Of a stretch of 64,000 nt of DNA, positions 24,731 to 38,530 are shown piece after piece (within the stretch, counting starts at the first letter, position 1; every line of letters starts with the position of its first letter). Source of the stretch: Octopus bimaculoides (taxonomy: Eukaryota); contig NC_068985.1 of assembly GCF_001194135.2 (NCBI RefSeq), positions 47,111,215 through 47,175,214 of the forward strand, given 5' to 3'. The notes beneath the pieces were generated by a model. The model was not told the origin of the DNA. It saw nothing but the letters and a program-made list of their open reading frames with translations, and did not search any database. Made by a program: the position numbers and the translations under genes.

Positions 24731-25839
24731 GATACATACATCCACTCGTTCATTAAAAGCCAAACACGTTAACTAACAGATACGCATTGACAAATACACA
24801 CACTTCCTCCCAAGAATATCTATACAAATGTTCTCTTACATAACGCATTTGATGATCACAAACATTTGCTAGGCATTTTTGCTCATAACCTTTGGATTTC
24901 TGGTGATGAGTCACAGACTTTTTGAGCTCGGCTGTAAGCCATAAGGAATATCTATCATCTATCTGTTTGTTTGTCTGTCTGTCTGTCTGTCTGTATGTCT
25001 GTCTCTCTCTCTCTCTCTCTCTCTTCATATATATATATATATATNNNNNNNNNNNNNNNNNNNNNNNNNNNNNNNNNNNNNNNNNNNNNNNNNNNNNNNN
25101 NNNNNNNNNNNNNNNNNNNNNNNNNNNNNNNNNNNNNNNNNNNNNNNNNNNNNNNNNNNNNNNNNNNNNNNNNNNNNNNNNNNNNNNNNNNNNNNNNNNN
25201 NNNNNNNNNNNNNNNNNNNNNNNNNNNNNNNNNNNNNNNNNNNNNNNNNNNNNNNNNNNNNNNNNNNNNNNNNNNNNNNNNNNNNNNNNNNNNNNNNNNN
25301 NNNNNNNNNNNNNNNNNNNNNNNNNNNNNNNNNNNNNNNNNNNNNNNNNNNNNNNNNNNNNNNNNNNNNNNNNNNNNNNNNNNNNNNNNNNNNNNNNNNN
25401 NNNNNNNNNNNNNNNNNNNNNNNNNNNNNNNNNNNNNNNNNNNNNNNNNNNNNNNNNNNNNNNNNNNNNNNNNNNNNNNNNNNNNNNNNNNNNNNNNNNN
25501 NNNNNNNNNNNNNNNNNNNNNNNNNNNNNNNNNNNNNNNNNNNNNNNNNNNNNNNNNNNNNNNNNNNNNNNNNNNNNNNNNNNNNNNNNNNNNNNNNNNN
25601 NNNNNNNNNNNNNNNNNNNNNNNNNNNNNNNNNNNNNNNNNNNNNNNNNNNNNNNNNNNNNNNNNNNNNNNNNNNNNNNNNNNNNNNNNNNNNNNNNNNN
25701 NNNNNNNNNNNNNNNNNNNNNNNNNNNNNNNNNNNNNNNNNNNNNNNNNNNNNNNNNNNNNNNNNNNNNNNNNNNNNNNNNNNNNNNNNNNNNNNNNNNN
25801 NNNNNNNNNNNNNNNNNNNNNNNNNNNNNNNNNNNNNNN

Positions 25840-25902
<63 letters not shown>

Positions 25903-26669
25903 GTATAAAGTAGGCGTTTGCTCGTGCGTGTATGTGAGGGTGGTTCTACTACACTTGTCAAACGATATTGCAAGGCAATAAGGAAATACATATACAAATG
26001 CATGTGTGAGTGCGTGTATGTGAATATATGTAAACATACATACACATATATATATGTATGTATGTATATGTATATATGTATATGTATATATGTATATATA
26101 AAAATATATGTGTATGTATATATATATTTATATACATATGTAATATATATATATACATATATGTAAATACGTGTATGTATTATACACTTATATATGCGTA
26201 TATATTCATGCATACATACACACATACACACAAATGTATATGTAGCTTCTTTCTGTAAGTTTATGCGCAAGCGTCCGTCTCTGTGGTGTGTTTATATGAT
26301 CATACAATTTTCTTAGACATCTCTACTTTATCATTCTCTTTCTTAATGTTGTGTCGTATATATATTATTTATCGCTAACCTCAGCTTCAATACAACACAC
26401 CTTCATTTTTCTTGACTGTGTCAACTTTTAATCTTTATCTTTATAAACTTCTGCTTCTTAGACCTGTTTTACATACTTCATAGAACGGTCATATTTATAA
26501 CGACACATTGGTCTCTAAATCTGCACCATATAAACTTAACAAAAACACCCTTGGTAGCCTCCTGACATCGTAGATGCAGCAGTCATACTCCAAATGACGC
26601 CATACGGTTGTAAAACTATAAGATGAAATAAATAACGCAGACCACTGTGTAGTGTTGATCGTGCAAGGA

Positions 26670-27075
26670 ATGATATTCATTATAAATCTGACCCAGGGCT
26701 AAACAAAACTGACATCATTGTCGGTGGGGTCCATGACAGCTAAGCTGGGATCAAACATCAACCACAGCAATACGTTTGGCGATAAGTCTAACTTGGGTTT
26801 CAACGCCGATAGCTTCGATCATAATTCTGCCGTACCAAGGCTAACTAGGTGTTAGACAACGATGCCTTTCATCGTAATTCTGCCCAATCAAGGTTGGTCA
26901 TAGGTTTAAGCAACTACAACACCACCTATGATCATAAATATGCTCTGTCCTGTCTGACTTGGTTTAAACATTCATCATAGGTCGTTTTGTCTATCAAGGT
27001 TAACTTGGTGTTGTACAAGAAAACCTTTCAGCGTAGGATGTCTGGAACAGGTCAGATCTGTGGGTAAACAAGAAT
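26670..27075. repeat. Cryptic degenerate tandem array, about 8 units of about 45-60 bp
   Basis: Recurring atc.taattctgcc..a.caagg.t.ac.tgg.g.taaacaac-like unit. Confidence 0.6.
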
Positions 27076-27978
27076 ACTTTTAGTTATGTATCTGCTAGAT
27101 CAAGAATGACACGGAAGTAACCAACAATAGCCGCAGCGCTGAGCATAGGTCTGTAGGAAGAAGATTGATCTCGGGCGAAAAAGATAAACAACATTTTTGA
27201 GAATGAAGGCTTATGTGGAACTCAACAACATCAATAATCGCACAACCCAGTACTCGCGGCTACATAAGTTTAGCACTGTAATCTCAAAACAAAACGCATA
27301 TATTAAGAAATAGTCTCTTATTTTTATGAACAACGAAGCGTAAATCAGAAGAAATGAAGTAAATTTAAATATTACAAATCTTCACCGTGGAGGATTCTGC
27401 TGTGCAGAAGGAAAGAAGGAGGGAATCTTCTGACAATCCTCTTCAACCAGCAGCACACATTAGATTTTATACAAATCAGTCATTAATTAGACTAGGGCCG
27501 AAGTGGATAGTGCTATTTTCACATTTGTACATTTGACAACTCGGCAGTAATTAAAAAGTATCTGTTCTTCGCACAGCACAGCGGTAATCAAAACGGATTT
27601 AAGTCTGATTTAGACAGCAGCATTTTCTGTGTTATTAATTTAGGAGGAAAAACGGGTGCTCCTTCTTAGGGCGCTTGATATAAAAAAAATCATGAAACGG
27701 TCCGGCATAATATTTCCTCTGTATACTTTTCCGCAAGTCAATAGCACAGAAGAAATGTGTTTCCATTATTATTTAACACACAACAAGGCTTTGTAAATAC
27801 TTAACAAATTTCTTCTTTTACCATTTTAACAGGCTGTTGTGTCAAACATGTTAATGCCCCTCAGACACAGACATAGGGGCTCATATATGTGCATTTATCT
27901 GTCAATCTACCGATACATACATACATTATACATACATACATACATACTTACATACATACATACTGACATGCATACATG

Positions 27979-28399
27979 CAAGTTCAGGTTTATACTTGTA
28001 ATTATTTGAGTACTGGGATTTGCAACACACTGTCTAAAGAAACTAGAGAAATTAGACTTCTCAAAACCAGAAAGGAGAAAGCTTATTCGAAGGTTACAGA
28101 TCGAAGCCATCACTGGAACTGTAAATATCTGTGAAACTTTCCAGACGTTTATCATTTAAATATTCATGAGCATGTCTAGATATTCAAGTATATTCATGAC
28201 AACATATACACAAAACAAAACAAACAAATCTGCACGTATACATACATACATACATACATACATACATACATACATACATGCATACATACATACATACATA
28301 CCCTGCTGATAGTGAAATTCCAATGAAGGACCCTTGAATCTAGGTTAGAAACCCGCTCTTTCTCTATCGGTAAAATATCTTGAAATAAAACTGAATAAT
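27979..28399 (+). mobile_element. 3' end of the same R4/Dong-like family as 18428-19235, with internal (CATA)n at about 28239-28300
   Basis: LEKLDFSKPERRKLIRRLQIEAITGTVNICETFQTFII*; 3' UTR gaaattccaatgaaggacccttgaatctaggttagaaacc matches the other copy. Confidence 0.85.
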
Positions 28400-28824
28400 G
28401 ACACACACACACATACTCATACATACGCACACACACATACACACATATTTATCATCGTAACAAACAGACAAATCGTTTTAAATTTTGCGACAATTGTTAT
28501 GGATTACGCCATACTTTATGTTAGATCTCATACTCAATATTTAAAATATAGTAAAAGCAATTCAAATGTAACCAAATATCTTTGTGTCGGTGTTTATCTA
28601 GCTATCGTTTAACCTACTTACCTATATACCTACCGAAATGGACTTGCATACTACATAGATACATACATACGCACATATAAATATTTGTATTGTATATATT
28701 ATGTATATATATAATCTATGTATGTGTATATATGTGTATTTGTCTATATATATATATGTATATATACATATACATAAATGCAAACACATACACACGTACG
28801 TGTGTATAAGAATGTTTACTTATA

Positions 28825-28993
28825 GGCGTAGGAGTGGCTGTGTGGTAAGTAGCTTGCCCACCAACCACATGGTTCCGGGTTCAGTCCCACTGCGTGGCAC
28901 CTTGGGCAAGTGTCTTTTACTATAGCCTCGGGCTGTCCAAAGCCTTGTGAGTGGATTTGGTAGACGGACACTGAAAGAAGCCCGTCGTATATG

Positions 28994-29028
<35 letters not shown>

Positions 29029-29392
29029 CCGTATTCTTTCTGTTCAAGAGCGTAGCTCGAAACGTTAAAGACTTTCCGTATTTCCGAGCGTCATACTAAT
29101 ACATCCTTTTGTTGTTTACACCACCTGTCCTCGTTTGTTGTTGTTTTTTTCGTACATTCTCCCATATATATATATGCATGTGTGTGTATATGTTTGTGTC
29201 TGTGTTTGTCCCCCCAACATCGCTTGACAACCGATGCTGGTGTGTTTACGTCCCCGTAGCTTAACGGTTCGGCAAAAGAGACGGATGGAATAAGTACTAG
29301 GGTTCCAAAGAATATGTCCTGGGGTCGATTTGGTCGACTAAATGTGGTGCTCCAGCATGGCCACAGTCAAATGACTGAAACAAGTAAAAAGA
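28825..29392 (+). mobile_element. SINE family B, full length (tRNA-like head, CORE-like segment, internal microsatellite, 3' module)
   Basis: A box GTGGCTGTGTGG, B box GGTTCAGTCCC, ggcaccttgggcaagtgtct, and 3' ggtgctccagcatggccacagtcaaatgactgaaacaagtaaaa; same layout at 45901-46340. Confidence 0.9.
29030..29163 (+). mobile_element. Penelope-like terminal fragment inserted in the (TA)n of SINE B; minimal type I hammerhead-like fold at 29035-29071
   Basis: TCTTT-CTGTTCAA-GAGC gta GCTC-GAAAC-GTT-AAAGA; TA repeats on both sides. Confidence 0.55.
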
Positions 29393-29399
29393 GTATAAT

Positions 29400-29555
29400 A
29401 TACGACAGGATTCTGTACAAATTCCGTTTACCAAATCGTACTCCAAATATGTGCGTTAACTAATTCTAAGCTATAGAATAAGACATTTGCCCAAGATGCA
29501 GTGGAGTAGGCCTGAACGTTGGACCAGGTATTTGCGAAGCTCTTAACTCTCTGCT
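29400..29555 (-). mobile_element. Degenerate SINE family B head
   Basis: ttccgtttaccaaatc...gctatagaataagacatttgcccaag is the reverse complement of the family B head. Confidence 0.65.
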
Positions 29556-29739
29556 TATCACCGGCGAATAGTAAGACGATTTATAATACAGTTCTGTTAA
29601 CGTTTGTTTCTTCTCTGGACAATGTTACGACTATTTGATGGAGTAGTGTATTTGATTAGAACGACCTTCACTATGTTACTGATATTTTGAGAGCCAATTA
29701 GGGAACCTTAGTTTAGAAACTTGATAAGCCATTGTGGTT

Positions 29740-30030
29740 CTATGTATTCCCAATACCGGGGAAGTTCTGCAGACTTAACGCTGCTGCTCAACTTTGATCT
29801 TTGTGACATGAGAAATTGGCGAAGAATATGTCAGAAAAACCTCTCAATTAGAATTATCAAGCAGAAGGCACGGCATGATGTGTGCAATTTGAAACCGCAA
29901 TATATTAAGATGATGTAAAACAAAGAAAGAAAATAAGTTGCTATTCGTGTCTGCATATGGTGTTCAGGTCACTGTGATACTCAATGAATTGCTTTTTTTC
30001 GGAAAATACAGGTGTCTCATATATTAGATA
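29740..30030 (+). mobile_element. Possible decayed Tc1/mariner transposase 3' end
   Basis: GSSADLTLL.NFDLC resembles the SPDLTPLDFFLW motif; RVCIWCSGH resembles the C-terminal CI...GGHF. Confidence 0.3.
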
Positions 30031-31914
30031 AAACATGTGGCAGAAACGCTAGTTTAAGTTCACTAAGAGATGAAAAATAGCTGATTGAATAAATTATAGC
30101 TACCTAAATATGAGTCCATAATGTTTTTTCTATTTTAGGAATAAATCCAACGAGCAGCCTTTTCTAATTTGAATCGGTTTGAGAAAAATTGCTGAACAAA
30201 AAATGATTTAAATAATTTAGACACCAGGATATGTATGCATAAATATCAAAGTGGATTGTTTGCAACAATCCAGATTTAGCATTGTTACTACTAGCGACAC
30301 GGTGAAAAAATTTTAAAGTTACTAAAAAATATTCTGATAATACTATAACTTTCGTTATATGACATCAGCCACAACAAGAAACAGCGTGTTTAAAATGTCA
30401 TAATTGTTGTTGACGGATCATGCAAGCTGAGTGTCTCGGTATTCAAACCGGGCATTAGGAGTGTTGTGGAAAGTTAAATCATGTTGCCAAGTGTTGCTAT
30501 TGTCTGCATTCAACATCAATGACGCTTCTTACGAACATAACAATATCATCAATATAACTCTTAATGAAATTAAAGACATCTATCGTAGATTGAATGTTGT
30601 TTCAATAAGAAGCAGCCCAACTTGCTTAGCTACTCTCTATTCCTTCATTGATAAAATTTGCTCGACGTTAATTAATCAATGAAGAACTTTAATAACATAT
30701 GTCAGTTCAGTATCCATAGCAAATTGAACTGAATTTGGTTATTTTACATGCAACAATAATTTTACATACAACAATAATCAGGAATTTGTGATCAAAGATT
30801 CTATTTGACTAGCATTAATTGAACGGAACATATCATGGTACATTTTTGCTTTAAAAATTCTCTTCCAATCGCGAAGGGTTTGATAGCGTTACAGGAAAGA
30901 AGCCCAAGTAGAAGATAACTGCTGTTCATAAAATATCTTTCCAGTTTACAGAGGTTAACAAACGGTTTAGTGTATTGGTGCATTAACAACATTAACATTG
31001 CGTCACCATATTTCACTTGTGGCATGAACAAGAATAAAGTAAGACTAAAAGTTCACCGAAATATAAATATCGATACATTTGCTTACACTGTACCAACTAT
31101 TGATTCTATATCATCTGGTTCGAACTGAGTAAAGTTCCATGCAATTGTTTACAAAATTTAAATTAGGCAAATGTCATTGTTTAATGCCTCAGAAAAACAG
31201 GCTAACAGTGATCAGGTGTCAATAAAGGGCAGTAACTAGTCAGGACTAGACGATCTGTTGGATAAAATATCTTGCAGTATTTCTTTTGGCTGTTTATGTT
31301 CTGAGTTCGCTTGCGTTGACGTTTGCACCATACTGTACTGATCGTTGAATTTTCTATTGGCATCTATAGGAGACTTTTGGCATGAGTTACAGCTGGTCTT
31401 CTACACAAAGGCAAAAATCTTGACTAGTGTTGCGGCCCCGAGAAGAATTTTTTGTTGCAAAATGGTCAATCCTGAGGGAGAGAGACCGTGGACTTCAGCC
31501 TTTTAGAGACATCACCCAACACTGATATTTTACATGCATTGATTTATGTTATCGGAAAAAAGCAAGGATATGAGAATGAAATTATTTCATTGAAATGAGG
31601 AACGGATTGTGGATGTCTCAGGTGAAGAATAAAGAACAAAATAAGAAGAAATAATGAAAGGAACCCAAGAAAGAATCTAACAGACAAGAATGGATGAAGA
31701 AAATTGGAAGAAAGAATCTAAACGAATAAAAAAAAATGAATAATGCAATAAATAAATAAATAAATATATAAATAAGGCAATAAATGGTTCATGGGACAAA
31801 AATAGTGAAATATCGTTCTATTTCCGGCTTTAGTTTGGGATGTCTCACATTCGACATTTCCATTGAAACGTTTATCATATCGGGTTAGTGGAACTGGCAC
31901 CAACCAATCAATTT

Positions 31915-32015
31915 ACACATACATTCACACATACATACACACATTCGTACATGCATGCATACATGCATACATACATACATACATAACTACATACATAACT
32001 ACATACATAAATACA

Positions 32016-32049
<34 letters not shown>

Positions 32050-32149
32050 CAAGCATACATACATACATACATACATATATGCATGCATGCATGCATACAT
32101 ACATACATACATACATACATGCATACATACATACATACATACATATATA
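31915..32149. repeat. (CATA)n tract running into a gap
   Basis: Directly visible. Confidence 0.95.
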
Positions 32150-33117
32150 NNNNNNNNNNNNNNNNNNNNNNNNNNNNNNNNNNNNNNNNNNNNNNNNNNN
32201 NNNNNNNNNNNNNNNNNNNNNNNNNNNNNNNNNNNNNNNNNNNNNNNNNNNNNNNNNNNNNNNNNNNNNNNNNNNNNNNNNNNNNNNNNNNNNNNNNNNN
32301 NNNNNNNNNNNNNNNNNNNNNNNNNNNNNNNNNNNNNNNNNNNNNNNNNNNNNNNNNNNNNNNNNNNNNNNNNNNNNNNNNNNNNNNNNNNNNNNNNNNN
32401 NNNNNNNNNNNNNNNNNNNNNNNNNNNNNNNNNNNNNNNNNNNNNNNNNNNNNNNNNNNNNNNNNNNNNNNNNNNNNNNNNNNNNNNNNNNNNNNNNNNN
32501 NNNNNNNNNNNNNNNNNNNNNNNNNNNNNNNNNNNNNNNNNNNNNNNNNNNNNNNNNNNNNNNNNNNNNNNNNNNNNNNNNNNNNNNNNNNNNNNNNNNN
32601 NNNNNNNNNNNNNNNNNNNNNNNNNNNNNNNNNNNNNNNNNNNNNNNNNNNNNNNNNNNNNNNNNNNNNNNNNNNNNNNNNNNNNNNNNNNNNNNNNNNN
32701 NNNNNNNNNNNNNNNNNNNNNNNNNNNNNNNNNNNNNNNNNNNNNNNNNNNNNNNNNNNNNNNNNNNNNNNNNNNNNNNNNNNNNNNNNNNNNNNNNNNN
32801 NNNNNNNNNNNNNNNNNNNNNNNNNNNNNNNNNNNNNNNNNNNNNNNNNNNNNNNNNNNNNNNNNNNNNNNNNNNNNNNNNNNNNNNNNNNNNNNNNNNN
32901 NNNNNNNNNNNNNNNNNNNNNNNNNNNNNNNNNNNNNNNNNNNNNNNNNNNNNNNNNNNNNNNNNNNNNNNNNNNNNNNNNNNNNNNNNNNNNNNNNNNN
33001 NNNNNNNNNNNNNNNNNNNNNNNNNNNNNNNNNNNNNNNNNNNNNNNNNNNNNNNNNNNNNNNNNNNNNNNNNNNNNNNNNNNNNNNNNNNNNNNNNNNN
33101 NNNNNNNNNNNNNNNNN

Positions 33118-33207
33118 CTACATGAACTTCTAACTTGTTGTCTCTTGAGGTCTCTGGGTGAGACTTGAATCCAACTTGTACAAATGCAAAGCAAAAGTCA
33201 AACATAA

Positions 33208-33259
<52 letters not shown>

Positions 33260-33372
33260 CCTACATGAACTTCTAACTTGTTGTCTCTTGAGGTCTCTGG
33301 GTGAGACTTGGATCCAACTTGTACAAATGCAAAGCAAAAGTCAAACATAAAATAATAATAATAATAATAATA
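33118..33372 (+). repeat. Two tandem ~92-bp units, each followed by (TAA)n; likely 3' UTR ends of a TAA-associated retroelement
   Basis: ctacatgaacttctaac...aaagtcaaacataaa at 33118 and 33261, differing at one position (gaatcc vs ggatcc). Confidence 0.75.
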
Positions 33373-33374
33373 GT

Positions 33375-33580
33375 GTCTTCAAAATTTGCTACCAGGGCAG
33401 CAATTTTAGGGTAGGGGACTACTCGAATACATCGACCTCAGTGTTTCGCTGGTATTTATCGACCCCGAAATGATGAAAGACAAATCGACCTCGACGGAAT
33501 TTGAACGCAGCGAGGGGAAAATGCTTGTAAGTATTTTTCTTTCCCGGTTTGCTAACGATTCTGCCAGCTTGCCACCTTAG
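33375..33580 (-). mobile_element. SINE family A, A1-type
   Basis: Reverse-complement A box gctaacgattctgccagc, B box ggaatttgaac and core atcgaccccgaaa. Confidence 0.9.
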
Positions 33581-33586
33581 TAGTAA

Positions 33587-33667
<81 letters not shown>

Positions 33668-33717
33668 CACTACTACTACTACTACTACTACTACTGATGA
33701 GGATGATGATGATGATG

Positions 33718-33766
<49 letters not shown>
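33578..33766. repeat. Compound (TAG)(TAC)(GAT)(TAA) microsatellite
   Basis: Directly visible. Confidence 0.95.
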
Positions 33767-34925
<1,159 letters not shown>

Positions 34926-35496
34926 ATTAATGCAGGAATTAGAAGAATTAGAAAGAAAAACGAAGAATTTCTGACTGAAACCCAAGTCATAAATAAATAA
35001 AATGTATAAATATAAACAAACAAATCTGTATAGAAGTAAGTAGGCACGCGAAAGATAGAAGTAAAGACCTATGAGAATATAGTTCGAAAGAGAATGCTTT
35101 ATATTGTAACACAATATCCGTCCGTTCTTTGCAAGAGAAAATTCTACATTACCAGATTTAATCCGCTTGACTAGATAACTATTAATAGGATTAAGTAATA
35201 TTTCTCTGTCTCTTATATGTATATATCATTAGTATTATTATTTTTATGTGCATATTTGTTTGGTGTGTTGTTAATATTTTAAGTTTGGTTAAATCAAAGA
35301 AAAACACCTAAAACAATAGGTATATGCAAATACGACGCACGTGTGTGTGTGTGTGTGTGTGTGTGNNNNNNNNNNNNNNNNNNNNNNNNNNNNNNNNNNN
35401 NNNNNNNNNNNNNNNNNNNNNNNNNNNNNNNNNNNNNNNNNNNNNNNNNNNNNNNNNNNNNNNNNATATATATATATATATGTATGTATGTATATG

Positions 35497-35532
<36 letters not shown>

Positions 35533-35624
35533 TATAGAGAAAATCAAACATTAATAAACAGGATTTAGGAATAAAGAAATATAACAATAATACCTTCAAA
35601 ATAGTAAAAAGAAAACGTTAATGG

Positions 35625-36290
35625 TTTCTAACGTTAGGCACAAGCTCAGCAATTTTTTGAGGTAGATACTGTCGACATCAATATTTAACCGAAGATGGCT
35701 GAAAAGCAAATTAGAACATTGTGAGATCTAAAATCATAATGTAGCATCTCACAAGAAATACCGCAAAGAATTTCTCCCAACGCTCTAATGATTCTGCCAG
35801 TTTACCCTTAATAACGTTTGCAAATTTTAGCAGTTTTTGAGGGTAAGAGGAAGTCGATTACATCGACCCCAGTATTTACTTGGTACTTGTTTCATCGATC
35901 TCGAAATGGTAAAAGATAATGTCGACCTCAGTGGTATTTGAACTGAGAAGGTGTGAAACGCTGAGAATATGTGAAACGCTGCAAATGTGTGAAACGCTGT
36001 TAAGTATTTTGTGCGACATGCTAACGATTCTGCTAAGTTGCCATTTTATTTGCCTTCAATAGCAATAATTCTTTCTAATTTTGGTAGAAGGCTAGCAAAT
36101 TTGAATGGAGTGAAGGCAGCTAAATCAACCCCAATGTTAAACTGGTCCCTATACTACGGAGCCCTAAAAAAATGAAAAGCAAATTCGACCTCGGCAGTTT
36201 TTGAGCTCAGAATACAAAGAGCCGGAAGAAGTGCCGTTTAAAGTTTTGTCCGATATGTTAACGTTCCAGGTAGCTCACCACCAGTACTCA
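35625..36290 (-). mobile_element. Tandem cluster of about three SINE family A copies or fragments
   Basis: Repeated reverse-complement modules (gtcgattacatcgaccccag, atttgaactgag, ctaacgattctgc, tcgacctcggc). Confidence 0.8.
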
Positions 36291-36384
36291 AACAAAAACG
36301 AAGACGAGGTCACAGAAAAGTAAGAAAGCAACGATGGTAAACAAAAACAAACATGATAACGATAAAATTTTAACAAGGAAAATT

Positions 36385-37850
36385 TATTCGGAATATGTTT
36401 CTCTTAAAAGAGAAATATATTCAACACTTATAGTAGGGAAAGTAAAAGAACGCAGTGGAAGTGAATAGACAGAAAATCCTTCACAGAATAGATTTTTTTC
36501 ACCGAAGAAAGCTTTTGAGCAAGTTTTAGAGACCAATACAACACATAAAAACTTGCTGAAACGCAATAAAAACCAAGCAAAACGGCATGGAAAAAATCCA
36601 ATGCTTCTGGTTAAAATACTTCACAGGGGTACATATGGTGACAGCTAATATTTTAATAAGATATTAACAATACCGGAGACTTGGTTCTCTAAAAGTAAAA
36701 TGATTCTACACCCTGAGATTAGCAATTCTGTAGTTTATATAATCTTCTTTTCTGCAACCTACAAAACTTTAACTCACATAATATCACAGAGTGTAAAAAA
36801 GTCTGGAAAAACTGTTTTTCCAGAAGAGTAAAGTGGAAGTTTGTAAAGTCTTGTGTAGCAGTGAAAATCAATTAGTGATCAACAAAGTTATAAAGGATGA
36901 ATGTCAAGGTGAAGTGAAAGGTTCAATCATTGCATAGATAGGCTACCACCAGAAGTTGTTTCTTTTTTTATAGCAACCTTTATATATGGATTTTTGAAAT
37001 ATAAGGCGTGAGTTAGGCAGTACAAATTTTAAGTAGATACAATAAGTAGGCCACAAGAAAATGGGAAACAATTCTGCTGATACCAATAAAAAAGCTAATG
37101 CAGAAAATAAATATCCCCACTCCCACTAGGTTTTCCTTTTTAGTTGGGGACAGCCACGTTCGCATCACCTGCCTTTCTATTGCTTCTCTTATTTGCAATA
37201 ATATCAAAGAAATAAGTAAGCTGCTAAAACTTATTTTTAAGATAGCAATGTGCATCGATTCACATGTCTGTATAGACCATTTAATGATAAATAAAATCCT
37301 AACTGAAGACTATATTAAGATTATCGAAGGATCTGAGTATGGCTGGGATTAACAGCTAGGTGGTCTCTTACACTTTTCTACCTGGCGTTAACACCTTTAC
37401 CGCATATGTTAAACAAGACTAGACTGGCATATAACTACCATGAGCGGGCAATCAATCATCTTTTGCATGTGGGCAACCTCAAGTCGTATGCTGCAAGTGT
37501 CAAACAACTAGACACACTGCTACAGAGAGTACACAAATTTAGTGGAGAAGTTATTATGTGATTCGGAGTCAAGGCTACTTTGAAGAAAGGAAAATTAATT
37601 AGCAACAGTAGTATCATGTGAGACAAAATACCGACTATAAGAGAAATACTACATACGCAAACTTAAAGGTATTTCTGAATTAATAACCAGACAGATTAGA
37701 AAAAAGTAAAGTGTAAGATCGAATAATATGAACAAATTACGTCAATACTTAAATCAGAGCCAAATGCCAGAGACAAGGTAATAACCATCAATGTATTAGC
37801 TGTCCTAACAATCAGTTATATTCTCAATTTCGCACTGAAATCTGGCGAAG
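36385..37850 (+). mobile_element. Decayed R4/Dong-like reverse transcriptase fragment
   Basis: IQCFWLKY; TYKTLTHIISQ; FPEE; NQLVINKVI; LALTPLPHMLNKT; INHLLHVGNLKSYAA (cf. INHLLYMDDLKLYA); ILKSEPNARDKVITIN. Confidence 0.75.
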
Positions 37851-37999
37851 CTACAAGGGAGAAATAATGATGACATTTTTAATAGACCATAAGCATTTAG
37901 TTTCAGTATTAACTGAACTGTCTACTTGTTAAGTTAAGGTGTAGGGTGGCTGAGTGAACCATAGACGCGTATATAACTTCATCTAACTCTCTAGTAGAA

Positions 38000-38530
38000 T
38001 AAGCATGACATGACAGCGTGGTTGAGGTGATGCTAGTGATAAAGCTGTTAGTGGCGATGTTAGAGGGTGGTTTTAATGGAGGTGGTTGTGAGGTTGATAA
38101 AGCTAATACCGATGCTATACTGATAATGATGGTGATGGTGGTGGTGGTTATGGTGATGATGATGATAAGGAGATGTTGGCGTTAGTGGTGGTTTTAGTGA
38201 TGATGTTAAAGTGATGGTGGGAGTAAAAGTGTCAGTTCTAATGTTAAAGTTATAGTGGTGATTGTGATTGTAGTGGTGATGCTGGTGATGTTTAGATGAT
38301 GATGTATTTGTGATTGTAGTGATATCAATGGTAATGTTGCTGATGCTGTTAGAAATATAACGCTGATGCTATAGGTGTGGTGGTGGTGATGATATTGTTG
38401 GTGGTAGTGATGGTGAAGACGTTAATGCTGATTTTAAAGGGATGATGCTGTGTCAGTGGTGATGATGATGGAAGTGATAGTGATGCTGGAGGTGGTGGTA
38501 ATGATGGAGGTGATGATATTAATAACAATA
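38000..38530. repeat. Degenerate GAT/GGT low-complexity tract
   Basis: Directly visible. Confidence 0.8.

Noticed and set aside
30009-30230. Possible ~215-bp MITE (ggtgtct...att inverted ends)
   Set aside because: Inverted match too short and imperfect, and no clear TSD
30430-31050. Penelope-type RT relic (minus-strand KSYIDDIVMF at about 30531-30565)
   Set aside because: Single short motif with a stop a few codons upstream and no other RT motifs found
33118-33372. CRISPR-like repeat-spacer pattern (also 26670-27075 and 35952-35999)
   Set aside because: Eukaryotic context, spacers are microsatellite or self-similar, and there are no cas genes
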